64,000 nt of DNA from Octopus sinensis (lineage: Eukaryota), in the NCBI RefSeq assembly GCF_006345805.1, contig NC_043008.1:4650001-4714000 (forward strand). The letters are read 5' to 3'. Position 1 is the first letter of the stretch, and each line of letters starts with the position of its first letter. The position numbers and the translations under genes were made by a program. Below, one piece after another: positions 1 to 13,257 of this stretch. The notes beneath the pieces were generated by a model. The model ran no database searches. It was not told the origin of the DNA and saw nothing but the letters and a program-made list of their open reading frames with translations.

Positions 1-959
1 CTGATGTAATGTAAAAAATATTATATTCGAAATAGCAAGTAGCTGGGCCACATTCTTTTATTCTTTTACTGGTTTCCAATCATCAGACTAACTCCACGCT
101 TCAAGAGTATAGTTGAATTATTTGATCTCATGGCTCATAGATTAGTAATTATTTTCTTAATCCCAGAAAGATGACAAAAAAAGCTGACTTTGGTGATATT
201 TGAACTCAGAATGTAAAGGGACAGGATGAAATGCCATAAGACATTTTATTCACCCCTACTGATTCTGCTCGTCTATATCTTCACTTGGCTGTCATTAGCT
301 GCTGGAAACTGAAGGAGAGCATCTAGACATGAAATAGAAGTGATTTGAGATTGAAATTATAATTCTCTGGATTATTTGATATTCTTCAGCAGTCTTTATT
401 TGGAAAAGAGATTTTGACTATCAGAGATGCTGTTGCGATACTGCTTAGCAATCTTGAAAAATCTAATGAAGATATACAGTGTCTAGATAGCAAAGTACAA
501 ATTGGATAAACTTGACAATAATATTCATGTGACTAAATAAACCGGGGCTAATCCTTTTTATGTCTTGCAGCACATTTCCAAATAGATGAAATAATGAAGG
601 AGCCTTTGTCTTATCCTTCACTTGCTTGAAATAGCAGCCAGATCTTACTCGAATCACAAACTATCTTTAAAAAATTTTAGACTCATAAGATAACGTAATC
701 CCAAACATACCCTTCAAAAGAGTGGTTGGTCATGGCTGGAATGCTTTGATCATAGGTAAGGTGTAATCTGTTAGCATTGACCTGTGGCTGGCCAACAGCA
801 ATCCAGAATTGAAGAGCTGACATTGATAAACTGTTCTACATGCTTTATGATGTATTTTCATAGCTTTCCCATAAATTTGATTCCAACTTGATGAGAAGCA
901 ATTCGTCTGCAGTTCTCTTGAATTCACTGCCATTTGATGGGAACATATTGCCATCACAT

Positions 960-1080
960 GGCAGTGAAGGGAGAGCAGAATTATCATCATCACCATCATC
1001 ATCGTCATTTAAAGTCCATTTTCCATGCTGGCATGGGTTGGACGGTTTAACTGGATCTTATGAGTCACAGAACTGTGTCA
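960..1080 (-). mobile_element. Degraded 3' end of (GAT)n-tailed RTE-related SINE
   Basis: (CAT)n followed by tttaaagtccattttccatgctggcatgggttggacgg, the reverse complement of the tail shared by copies at 12.1, 14.4, 17.7, 25.6 and 61.8 kb. Confidence 0.65.
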
Positions 1081-1519
1081 GGCCGTCAAATATAGATAAC
1101 ACTATGGGACATATTGAAACCATTATTAAAAAAATGGCAAAATGTCTGTCAGGTTAAAGTGGAGAATATAATATTCTAATTAATGTCCTTGCAACTTTCT
1201 CTGAATAGAGTACCGACAGGTTTATTATTGTTGTTTAGATATTTTTTCCGTATTTTGTTTTATTCTTTGTTCAAATCCTGCCTGACAGTCAGGATCAATA
1301 AAATAAGAACAAGTAAAACAGTGCTGTTGAAACAGAATGGCTCAGTCAATATTGCTAACTCATGAACCTTGAGTTCAATCCTACCGCAAGTGTTTTGATG
1401 TGTTTTGGGGTAATCACTTGATTCTATATTACCTCAGTTCACTTAGTTGCTAGATATTAATACCAGATCATCTGGGATTGCTATCTGTAAAAAAAATCGG
1501 AGTCCTATCAAAGTGAACT

Positions 1520-1780
1520 GAAGATGCATGGCCAAGTGCTTCAGGTGCTGCACTCGCAACCATAAAATCATGATTTTGATTCACAAACCAAGCAGCACAT
1601 TTTATTCTTGAGCAAAACACTTCGTTTCACATTGTTCCAGCCTACTCAGCTGTCAATGGGTTCCAGAAATAGCTGGGAAGTTAACTCTGCAACACACTGG
1701 CAACCTATTTAGGGAGGAGTGTTGTAACCTCAATCACTTGTGTAGCACAGAAACCAGATTAAGCCCTGGGTTTTTAAGGG
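1520..1780 (+). mobile_element. Degraded tRNA/CORE-type SINE
   Basis: Decayed tRNA-like head then ttcttgagcaaaacacttcgtttcacattgttccagcctactcagctgtcaatggg, similar to the CORE-like segment at 15.3 and 62.4 kb. Confidence 0.55.
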
Positions 1781-1862
1781 TCGTACAGCTGATGACTGAC
1801 CAAAATGAGCTTCTAAGAGAGTGGGCCTATAAAAAGGAAGATAGATATATCTCTCCCCTTAC

Positions 1863-1896
1863 CATCGAATTGAATCAATTATTTTAGGCCATGTGC
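1863..1896 (-). other. Candidate 34-nt coding exon (xTWPKIIDSIRx)
   Basis: Minus strand: ctaat branch-like motif, tactcttttAG acceptor, GTAAGG donor; only one of three phases lacks a stop. No recognised homology. Confidence 0.3.
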
Positions 1897-2744
1897 CTAA
1901 AAGAGTATTTAACATTAGATTGATAATATATTTAGAATTGAAATTAAATGAAACTATCAGAAATAGTTGTAAATCTGAAATATTGTTGTGTGACCTGCCA
2001 AAATTATTATTAAACTAATTTGTTATGGATGTTAGTGAAAGAAACGGTTCTTCTGATCACAGAGTCTTTAATTTTCATTCTATTTCTATACTTATGTTAA
2101 TATTCCTTGATAGTTTATTCAAACGCTAATTTGATATGATATTAAATCAATACCTTTAAATAATTCTTTAATTGTCTCATATTATGCTTAGAATATTTGT
2201 TTGTTGTTTTTTACTTTTATCATTTTTTTTATTTCTTTTTTTCTTTAAATCTTATTTCTAATATGTGTTACTTTAAATTATCGCATTGACATCCCTCTAA
2301 ACAAAATTGGCCAGAAATATATTTAAAGAAATAGCCATATATTTCTTATAATTTTCTTATAATTTTAGCTCCAAAATATATTTAAAAGCATTTAATAGAA
2401 TATATATTATCTAATTATTCTTTCTTTAATTAAGTAAATAACATTCTACTTTTGTTTTAATGATATTATTTGTTGATACTGTTTTGTCCATCTTCCAAAT
2501 TTGTCCATCTTTTATTCCTAATGCTTCATTTTGGAACTTGCACCTTCTATTGGCCAGAGGTATGGCACTTGTTTCTCAATCTTAATTATCTTCATTTTCA
2601 ACTGCTATATTTGTGTTTGTTTTGTAGTTGTGCATCTGCTTGCCTTGTTTTCGGTTCCAAAATTGTCCAGTGGAATGCTTCATGTTCCATTTTGGTTGGA
2701 GGGAAGGCTACTTTGTTTGTAAATTAACCCTAGGCACAACAATA

Positions 2745-2756
2745 TATGCATATATA

Positions 2757-2833
<77 letters not shown>

Positions 2834-2889
2834 GTGATACATATATATACATATTTATATGTACATACATTTATATATATATATACATA

Positions 2890-2934
<45 letters not shown>

Positions 2935-3019
2935 TATATGCACATACATTTATATATATATACATATCTATCTATATATACATATCTATCTATATATACA
3001 TATATATCTATATATATAT

Positions 3020-3053
<34 letters not shown>

Positions 3054-3072
3054 CATACATACATATATATGC
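2745..3072. repeat. Compound (TA)n microsatellite
   Basis: About 330 bp of interrupted TA/TACA/TCTA; source of the Y/I-rich ORFs. Confidence 0.97.
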
Positions 3073-4200
3073 ATATGTATTCATTTGAAGCTGAGGATTT
3101 AGTATGTTGCTATTGAAAGTTTCTTCTGGCCAGTGATTATTCAGATGACAGAGTAAATCAACTTCAAATGAGTACTACTACTCCCCTGTTGCCCATTAAA
3201 ACACAAGCACACATACATGAGTACGTATATACATACATGTGTGTGTGTGTGTTTACAAGTTTGTTGCTCTGTTTGAATGTTCCTTAATAAGATTTTGTTG
3301 CCAAGCTGTTGTTTCCCTTATCTCAAAATGTTCCTATCAATAATTCATAAATGTAATTGAAAGCAATGAAAATTTAATATCTTATCAAACGTTTTAATTA
3401 TATTATTTTGATTACCAATTTACAATTGCTATATTACCTTCCAATGGAAAATTGAAAAATAAAAATTTGAAACGTCATAAAGTACAGTTTGGAAATTGAT
3501 CTACTTTTTAAGATGGCTAATATAGAATATGATTAATCTTTTATAAAAAGGGGCTCTACTTGATGGTTTATTTGATAAAAGGTCTCGATAATTGGATTTG
3601 CCTTCTGTTATGTTATTGCAAGGATTTATAATGATGACAAATGTCTTTCTTCAAAAGCTTCAAGGTAAACACATTTTGATTAAATTCTAAAGGGAATCAC
3701 AGTCAGTAATCTTGTTAATTGCTTACAGAAGATGTTTCAAATATTAGGAAAAGGATTTTAGATATTAATTATCTTTTATCACAGAAACATATCAAATGTA
3801 TTGCATTGCTTTAATGAAAAAGGGCCATTTCCATCAACATTTCATATTAGTTCATATATCGAATATCAGCTAATAAAAATCAATTATAATGGTATTCAAC
3901 TGATCTTCTCTGCTTTAGATAATCATTTCTTTAATAATTTATCCTGAGTAGAAACCCCTGAAGACTTTTTGTTTCCATGCTCAAATATTTTACTTTGTTT
4001 TCATATATTTTTATTAAATTCTTTAATCAACCATTTAGAAAAATATTATTTGAAGTCAAAGATAAATATTATATTTCTGCTGCTGTATGACAATTTGGAA
4101 GCCAAAATCAAATATTCAAAATAAAATATTTGTCATTCACTAAGAGTATCGTTGTGCATCATTAGGCTGTGTACATTCATTCTAACCCTGTCAGTTGCAT

Positions 4201-4326
4201 GCAGGCATGGCTGTGTGGTTAAGAAGTTTGCTTTGCAACTCTGTGGCTTGGGGTTTGATCCCACTGCATGACCTCTTATGCAAGTGTCTTCTACCAAAGC
4301 CTTGAATCAATCAAAATCTTGTGAGT
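4201..4326 (+). mobile_element. OR-like tRNA/CORE SINE, 5' part
   Basis: gcaggcatggctgtgtggttaagaagtttgc...gcaagtgtcttctac matches the head of the copy at 26521. Confidence 0.7.
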
Positions 4327-6582
4327 AAGGGGTGAGAATTGTTGCATTTATGGAAGGAAGAATTAAGATTAAAATAGTCCACACATGTAGCATAGACATA
4401 CACATGTATAAATGCACTCACATACTTGCACAAAAATTTAAAAAATAGTACAACAAAACAATAATTAAAACAAGATATAATTAAAGAAAGTAACTCAAAA
4501 GATTAGTTAGGTATTTCAGAGTCCTGTTTGCTGAGCCATTTCTCACATTGGTATGAGTGCAACCGAATGCACTTGTGAGCATTTTTAAAGATTTGATGTT
4601 GAAAAATATCTATGTCTGTTATAAGTTCGGTGTGGTGTCTAAGTGTAGTGTCTAAGTTTTAATAATCTATCTTTTGCATGTTGTTTATATTCTGAAGCCA
4701 ACTATATTTGTGTCATTATAACTTTTGAAAGCCCATGGCATCACAGATACATAATTTCATCTGTTTACTGTTTGTCTGATTTTCTAAGAACAATGAATTT
4801 CAAATCGTTTTTTAATGTCTTTGTTATTTTCTTGTGAAATGATTTCATTATCATTTTGAAGAAATTATTCCTCACCTCTTTTCATTGTTTTATACTACTG
4901 TCATCATTATTTGTGATTTTTTTTCTCTTTTTGTGTTTTTACCAACTATTTGTAGGTTTTTATTTACAGTTTTTCTTCGTCACATGATGATGGTATAGTA
5001 GTACAGGCTGGCAGTATTAGATGAGGTGTTTGCTTGTCTATTTCAAATAGTAGGTATATAGGCGTTTACTTGTAATTTCTGGAGTTTTAGCTGGAAACTG
5101 AGAAGGTGGGATGCTTTGTTCTTTTTGCTATTGTAGCTTTTTTTCCACAGTCTTATCTCTGCTCTGAGTTTTACTACAACAAATGTGGCAGTTAGGATCT
5201 CTGACCTATCATAAATTTCCCTTTGTCTTAGCACTTTCTACTGAACACAGTCTCATTATGGCTCTGTGGCTTTCAAAGGTTATTAGAACTTGCAAATCCA
5301 GTTTGATGTCACCTGACCACATGTCATTCTTTTGTTAAGACTTCTTTAACCGCTTATCCTTACAGTAATACAAAAGTGACAGCTAGGGATTTATGTAATT
5401 TCCAATATCTGTTATCATCACTCTTGTATGTACAAATGTATAGTCATATGAATGTCTGACGATTTCAACTTGTATTTTGGTCAAATCTTCACTTCTGAAG
5501 GTACAATAGAAAGTGTCATAACTTTTACTTTTTTCAGTTGAAAGAAATTCTCCCAATTTGTTCTGGAGAGCTTGTTATGACATGAACAAAGATTTAGTCG
5601 GCTTCCATCGTTTTGCAAGTTGAGATATATTATTTTCTTTTTACCCTTTCCTGCATAATATCCAGCGACAAAGAATAGCTGTTTGGCTTTACAAAATTCT
5701 CCCATCTACATTTTCTTTTCTTCTGTCTGTAAGAGGTCTGTAAATTATATTTTTCACTTCAACACAACTACTACGTACCATAATATTTGACTTCATGTAA
5801 TCATTATTGTTGTTGTTACAACTCTTGCTATCTTCAAAACTACTATTTGGTGTATTTTCTTCTATTAATTGTTCCTTAATCTACTCATTTTCTCCGTTTT
5901 ATATGTTCAGTTTTGTGTTCTGAGTTTGTGTATTTTTGACATTGTAGTGTTCAGTCTTGTAGCATAATTATGTTTGGTAGTCATTTTAGATGTGAAAATA
6001 TCATGGGTGTAAATAAAATTTTGAAAGCTTGTAAAACATTAACAGTTTTTAGTTGTTGTTCTTGTTGCCCACCCCCACCCCATCCCCCGTGTATCAAAGG
6101 CAGGTCTTCTTCAGATAATTATAGTTTGTTTCTTTCTTTTTCTTTTTCACAAGTATTCCAAAAAGATCTCATTCAGTAATGTTTGAATGAATCGTGTCTC
6201 ACAGAGAGAAGAAAAACCTTTTCGCATTGCAAGAGCCAAATAATAATTGCTAATATGGTAATATAAAACAAGACTCTAAATTCTGAAGGGAAGAAATTGG
6301 TTGATTAAACTGACACCAATTTCCATTGGTCTCAAGAGGATAAAATACAAACTTGATCTTGACAGGATTTGAACACAGAATAAACAGAACAAAACATTTT
6401 GGTTGATGTTCAAATGATTCTGCCTGTCCATTATCCTGTGATAATTATTTTAATTATACCTAATATATAATGATGTTTTATCTCTTTAAAATGAATTCCA
6501 TAGTTGAAATGCATACTATTTCAAGTACTGGCATTTCAGTATTTTCAAATAAATATTGTCCTTCAAATTTTGATATCTATAA

Positions 6583-7159
6583 ATATTGTTGTATTTCGGA
6601 ATGGTCATTTTGCCAGATTAGCCAATAACAACACACGCACTATATATTTGGTGTTACTTTGCTTCAGTGTTGTTTATTTTTTACATTAATCTTAATCTTA
6701 TTTCTGCCAGAGTTCTTTCGTCACACTCCTGTGGCCGCACCAGTGGTCCTTTGCTTTCTTCTTTCTTATTTGTGTGTCTCTCCTTACTAACGGTCAGCCA
6801 TTTTGTATTTCTATTGTATGTGTCTTCATTTGTGCATGCGTATATTTCTATGTGTGTCTATGTTTAGTTAGTGTGTGTGTGTGGGGAAATGCCTGTAATA
6901 TTTGTATTTCCTGTTTATATACATACAATAGAAATACAAAATGGCTGACCATTAGTAAGGAGAGACACACAAATAAGAAAGAAGAAAACAAAGGACCACT
7001 GATGCGGTCACACGCCTGTGACAAAAGAACTCTGGCCGAAATAAGATTAAGATTAATGTAAAAAATAAATAATACTGAAGCAAAATAACACCAAATATAT
7101 AGTGCGTGTGTTGTTATTGGCTAATCTGGCAAAATGACCATTCCAAAATACAACAATAT
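6583..7159. repeat. Long inverted repeat (239-bp arms, 99-bp spacer), MITE- or PLE-like fold-back
   Basis: 6583-6821 is the near-perfect reverse complement of 6921-7159, with scattered substitutions. Confidence 0.92.
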
Positions 7160-10029
7160 CAGTTTCAACACAGGATTTCACATCAAAAATCTTGCAAAAC
7201 AAATATATAAACATATAAATATTGTATTATTTGCAAAATATACATTCCTAAGAAACTGAGGCCATGACTCTGTTTTGATTTCCAAAGCTAATTCATGACC
7301 TGAAATGGGTTACTTTAGCCTTCTCTCTCATTCAGTTCCTTACCTAAACTTGTCTTCATAAGGTATCAATATCTTAAGATAATAATTTCAGTTTAATAAT
7401 TGATCTATTAAATATAGCATGTTTAGCAAATATTGTGAAAATGGCATGGCTTTGGTAATAATGATGATCCTTTCTTTATTGACCACAAGAATCCATACAT
7501 ACAATACAAAACAAGTCACACAAAATGTTTTATATATATATATATATAACATGTAGATCAAGAACCTAATACAGCAGAAAAATTAGTCAAAACTTCAGAA
7601 CACACAAAACATATAAAAGCAAGCCATGCATACAAGAGTTCAGAACTGCCAACTCGGGAAAATCACATCACCTGACAACCCTAACTGCCATCTGCTCAAT
7701 ACCTTCTGTAAGGTAAGTTTTTCAAAATTGCCCATGAGCATCTTCCATCTGAGCCAAGTCCTGAAGAGTTCTACATTCACTGGAGAGTGATGGTTGATTG
7801 TCCACTGATATAGTCTTCAATCTCTATCAGTCAGCTGATATTTGTCTTCCCTCAATCTGTATAAAATATGTTGTGACCAATCTGACTGAGGTCCTCTCTG
7901 CTCCCCTTATGGGTTATAACTCCAGCATATCATTGTGATTATTAAGGGTCACCAGGACTGGGAGGTTCTTGCAGACTCCACCCAGCCTCATACTGACATA
8001 TGCTTTCACATGGAAATATAGCCATCATTCAAGCATACATTCTGATTCATATCAACCAAGCCCTCCACCCCTCCAACTTTTCTATTGGGGGCTTATTGAA
8101 ACAGACCCTGTTCTTTGGAGAACAGAAATATGTAACTTGCCTCTTTGTTCTTTCTTTAGTGAATTCTCCAAGCAAGGAGATAATCTCTTTTATAACATAG
8201 CTCTACCATATTTTTTTTTGTTTTTTACTAGAATTGACCCTTGTCTAGTAACTCTTTTTGGCTCACACTGCTGGCAAAAGATGAGTAATTGTTGTTGTTG
8301 TTGTTGCTTGTCCTTTTGTTATAACCATTTAAATTTGCATTTTTGCCAGATGATTTTCCTTATTTTTGTGTGCGTCTCAAATTGTAACAGTTTATTCTTG
8401 TAATTGTGTTCTTTTGTCATGTTTCTGGTTCTTTCTTTTTAAATCTGTCTCTGCAAAAATTTTATTTTTGAGGATTGGACAATATTCACTGCTATGAACA
8501 TTATGATTAATCCCCTCCCACACTCACTACCACAAAATTCATCATATTGAACCACTAATGGAAAGTGCAAAATGGACGCTTGTAAAACTATATTTACACA
8601 ACAAAATATGTCAGGACAAACTACCTTTTCACTTGAGGGAATGGTGTAGACATTTACATATTACACAGCTTTTAGTTGAAGAGGAAACGTTTTTTTTTGT
8701 CATCAAATAATCAACCAGAAAAAAACAACTTCTGAGCAGAGCTTCATAACAGAGCTGGTGTCTTTGGAAAGCAACCACAATAATAGTTATTATTTCTTCA
8801 AATTGTCACAAGAGTATTAATGCAAGTAACAGTACAGTAACAAATTATGCAAACTACAAAAATGAGGTTTACTCAAAATTAATTATTAAAACAAAATAAA
8901 ATTATGCAAAAGGTGTGAAAATAAGATGACTCAACAAGAAGTCAATCAAGGAAGCGTAAAGATTCAGGATTACTCTGACTTCTAAGGGAAAGTGCCCTTT
9001 TCTTCCTGTAGTATTCTGTTTCTGTGTAATGTATTTCATTTTTGAAACACGTACAAGTTGGTAGGCCTGGACATATTGTACAACATATTGTCACACACTG
9101 TATATAACATAATACAGCATAAAGACGTTGGTTAAATTTTGAGGATACATGGAAAACCTGCCGCTGCTTGCAAAATGGTAACTTGTCACTTTCCTCCCTG
9201 CTTCTCTTAGGCAATTTCTTTTGGCAAGGTGGCGCTTTCTTGCAGAACAATTCTTTATGGTTAAAGTAATAGCATTCCAGCGAAGATCATCCCAGTATTT
9301 GGGAGAGAGGGAGGGAGATCTTTTTTTTTATGGATGTCAGATTTTGTATATGTCGGATATCATCCAATATGTGACTCGATGGCAATTTGATTGCTATGCT
9401 TCATAGGTTGAGTGACACCACACAGCAGCTTCCTCATTGTCTCCTGACTTACTAACTCAGACAGGAGGTTATCTTAAATAGCGAAGAGACAAGTGTTTGT
9501 GAGATTAAATATTCCACACTAACACAATGCACAGAATTAACAGTACCATATCCTAAAATCCTCTAATTTAGAGTGCTGCCATGAAAGAATATGTGGTCGG
9601 TATTTGATGCCACATTTCAACAATTAGTTACTTGTAGATCTTTGCTGCCTGATAATGAAGTTTCAATGTTGACATATAATACCAAAACCATTTTTGACGC
9701 TGACATTAAACAAAAGTAAAAACAATTTAAATTTCATTACAATCACTTGTAACTGATATTTCTCTTGAAATTTTAAACAAAGTAATGTAATTTTCTAAAT
9801 TCCAATTTCTTACATGAAAGTGAAACTAATCAAAAGTAAAGCAAAAAAGTTAAAACTTTTCAAACTCTCATAAAAAATAAAGAATAACAGATTTCAGAAA
9901 AAGAGTCTAATAGGTTGAGAAAGCTATTAAGTCTAAATGTCTCGGAAATAAATAGTCAGCACTTTAAGAGAAGAAAATATCTTTAAAATAGACATCACTT
10001 TATGAAGATAGTTAACCAGTTGTTATTGT

Positions 10030-10235
10030 TGTTGTTATCGGTGTTTAACACCAATTCACCCCTAAACAGACCTATGACAAAAAGCATTGCAGTTGTAACC
10101 AACCCATTTTTGCTTCAAGAATAATGCATCTAAGATTGCCTTAACCAATGCATCCTACCATTTTAGGGATTTGAGAATAATTCCGCTGTTATTTGACACA
10201 TGTCAAGGGACCACATAGAGGCTTCCTCATGGTTA
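10030..10235 (-). mobile_element. ~230-bp (AAC)n-tailed interspersed repeat, one of about 25 copies in the window
   Basis: gttgtt...gacctatga...gcatt...ccacatagaggcttcctc pattern recurring throughout the window; strand assigned so that (AAC)n is 3'. Confidence 0.65.
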
Positions 10236-10264
10236 GTTGTAACGGTTGATTTGATGCCACTTAC

Positions 10265-10326
10265 CTACCATAGGTTCTTCAAATTCTGGCATTAACATTT
10301 TTTTTTGTTTTTTTACATGAGTGTAC
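10265..10326 (-). other. Candidate 62-nt coding exon (xYTHVKKQKKMLMPEFEEPMVx)
   Basis: Minus strand: cttcacttcctttaattgaAG acceptor and TAG/GTAAGT donor; open in phase 2 in, phase 1 out. No recognised homology; spans homopolymer runs. Confidence 0.3.
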
Positions 10327-10719
10327 CTTCAATTAAAGGAAGTGAAGACAAAGTCTTTGAGAATGTATTAATACTTCCTTTATGAAAGTGTTATTATGAA
10401 TGTTTCCTGAAGTCTAATGAATTTATACCAAAAGGTCACAAAATTTCATAATTAATTGGAGAAATAGAAGGTAGCATAATGTAGACGATGGTAAGAGCCA
10501 TATTTGGAGGAAACTAGAGAGGGTGTGTGTGTGTGCAATGGCCACAAGTAATCTGGGAAGTAAAATGAAAGCTAAAATTCATGTAGTTGCCATGGAGAAT
10601 GAGATAGTCCTGATGATCTGAGCTCAGAGTCTTTCTTTGAGGAAATCAGTAATTAAGTAGAAATTTCATTTGTCCTGAATACAGAAAAAAGTCTAAAAAA
10701 TATTGGGAGGTTTTACATG

Positions 10720-10920
10720 GTCTCTCGACCTGCTAGAAATAGCTGCCTAATTTTTTTTTCAAGTCATGCCTTAGCATTTTAGAAAACGAAAAATAAAAAT
10801 GACTCGTTGGATAATGTTGTTCTGTGTTCATTCTGCCTTGAAGAGAAGCAGAATGGTCACAGCTGGAGTGTCTTTGATCATAGGTCTGCTTGATCTAAGC
10901 TGAACTGGAGTTACACAACA
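10720..10920 (+). mobile_element. (AAC)n-tailed repeat, opposite-orientation copy
   Basis: ctcgacctgctagaaatagctgcc...ctttgatcataggtctgcttgatc...cacaacaa. Confidence 0.7.
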
Positions 10921-11390
10921 ATGAAGCAGTGAAATTGTAAAATTACACCAAAATGCAATAAATTGTTTGATCTGAAATTATCCAGTCAAATAAAATCAAA
11001 ATGCAGATGTAATTCTTTCATCTGCTTCAGATAAAGATGCTGATATTACCATAATTCTAAAAGCTTAGCTTAGTTCTGATAAAGCTTGCTACAGAGCATT
11101 AAAAATCATTTTTTTAAATTCTAGTTTTAATTGATAATTATTTTTTTCTATATATATATTTATGCTTTTGTGAACAATAGTGTTGTTGGTTATACTCTTC
11201 CAATATGCTGATCTTTGGTTCATTACATTTCCAGTGGCAAGCATATCATGGGAGAGTCTGTGCAACATGGGGGAATTAAATACCACATGGTATTTTTGTT
11301 AGACACACTGGTTTATTGAGAAACTTTTAACATATCTGTAAAGCTGTCACCAATATAAACGTACATACATATATATATATATATATATAT

Positions 11391-11447
11391 CATCATCATC
11401 ATCATCATTTAATGTCCGCTTTCCATGCTAGCATGGGTTGGACGGTT
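11391..11447 (-). mobile_element. Isolated 3' tail of RTE-related SINE, inverted relative to 12071-12135
   Basis: (CAT)n-ttaatgtccgctttccatgctagcatgggttggacggtt, ending abruptly in (TA)n. Confidence 0.9.
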
Positions 11448-11465
11448 ATATATATATATATACAC

Positions 11466-11498
<33 letters not shown>

Positions 11499-11531
11499 TA
11501 TAAACATATATATATATATATATATATATAT

Positions 11532-12135
11532 ACCCGGCAAGACCCGGCAAGACCCGGCAAGACTAGTGAAGCCAAAATCCGTGGCCCCTACCTGGGACGT
11601 AGTCAGTCCACCTGTGCATACCTTCCTTCTTGTGACACTTGTGAAGACCTGTTGAGGCAAGTGAGAATCGAATCAAATCAAATCAAATCAAATCGAACCA
11701 AATCAAAATAGATGAACATCAATGGAATTTGTATCCTTGTGGTACCAGTGCCGGTGGCACATAAGAAAACCATCTGAACGTGACCGTAGCCAGTACCGCA
11801 ATGACTGGCCTCCGTGCTGAGGGCACGTAACAAACACCATCCGAGCGTGGCCGTCCGCCAGCCTCGTCTGGCACCTGTGTCGGTGACACATAAGAAAACA
11901 CCATCCGAGCGTGGCCGTCAGCCAGCCTCGTCTGGCACCTGTGTCAGTGGCACATAAGATCACCCACTACACTCTCGGAGTGGTTGGCGTTAGGAAGGGC
12001 ATCCAGCTGTAGAAACACTGCCAGATCTGACTGGCCTGGTGCAGCCTTCAGGCTTGCCAGACCCCAGTTGAACCGTCCAACCCATGCTAGCATGGAAAGC
12101 GGACGTTAAACGATGATGATGATGATGATGATGAT
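11532..12135 (+). mobile_element. Young RTE-related non-autonomous retroelement/SINE with internal ~64-bp tandem units and (GAT)n tail
   Basis: Has ggttggcgttaggaagggcatccagctgtagaaac, ends gttaaacgatgatgat, begins with (acccggcaag)x3, and is flanked by (TA)n on both sides. Nearly identical to 25558-26006. Confidence 0.9.
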
Positions 12136-12511
12136 ATATATATAAACATATATATATATATAATAATAAACATATATATATATATATATATATATAAACA
12201 TATATATATATATCTATAAACATATATATATATAAACATATATATATATATATATATATATAAACATATATATATATATATATATATATATAAACATATA
12301 TATATATATATATAAACAATATATATATATATATAAACATATATATATATATAAACATATATATATATATATATATATATAAACATTATATATATATATC
12401 TATATATATATATATATATATAAACATATAAACATATATATATATATATATATATAAACATATATAAACATTATATATATATATATCTATATATAATATA
12501 TAAACATATAT

Positions 12512-12546
<35 letters not shown>

Positions 12547-12563
12547 ATATATTATATATATAT

Positions 12564-12598
<35 letters not shown>

Positions 12599-12713
12599 AT
12601 ATATATAACATATATATATATATAGATATATATATAATATATATATATAAACATATATAATATATAAACACACATATATATATATAAACACACACACACA
12701 CACATATATATAG

Positions 12714-12745
<32 letters not shown>

Positions 12746-12776
12746 TATATATATATAAACACACATATATATATAA

Positions 12777-12808
<32 letters not shown>

Positions 12809-13014
12809 CTATATATATTATATATAAACATATATATAAACATATATATATATATAATATATATATAAACATATATATATATATAACACACACATATATA
12901 TAAACACACACACACACAATATATATATAATATATATATATATATAAACATATATATATAAACACACATATATATATAAACACACACACACACACCACAC
13001 ACATATATATATAT

Positions 13015-13050
<36 letters not shown>

Positions 13051-13055
13051 CATAC
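12136..13055. repeat. Very long compound microsatellite (TA)n/(TAAACA)/(CA)n
   Basis: About 920 bp of TA with periodic ataaac interruptions. Confidence 0.97.
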
Positions 13056-13203
13056 ACATGCATCTAGTTTCTTTAGTTTCTAAGAAAATTTCACATACAA
13101 GTTATTGGTACGAAACACAAGCTATGGGTGAAGCCTTAAGGGGCTACAATGGGGATCAAACCAAAATAGCTATACAACTGAGTAAATGATCAAAGAGAGA
13201 GAG

Positions 13204-13257
13204 TACTAGAGTACAGCAATGTACTAGAGTACAGCAATGTACTAGAGTACAGCAATG
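13204..13257. repeat. 18-bp tandem repeat x3 (tactagagtacagcaatg)
   Basis: Three exact copies read directly from the sequence. Confidence 0.97.

Noticed and set aside
3520-4140. Protein-looking plus-strand stretches and a caag/gtaaac donor
   Set aside because: Frequent stops, weak acceptor and no recognisable motif.
4500-5900. Possible degraded LINE ORF on the minus strand
   Set aside because: Several 60-aa open segments, but no diagnostic endonuclease or RT motif that I can name.
7620-7720. Plus-strand exon ending at aag/GTAAGT (7712)
   Set aside because: No convincing upstream acceptor; it may be decayed retroelement sequence.
11750-11960. Internal SINE units as a CRISPR array or tandem HDV-like ribozymes
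   Set aside because: There are no unique spacers, and the units belong to a dispersed SINE. The GCC...GGC hairpin recalls HDV P3, but I could not build adjacent P1, P2 and J4/2.
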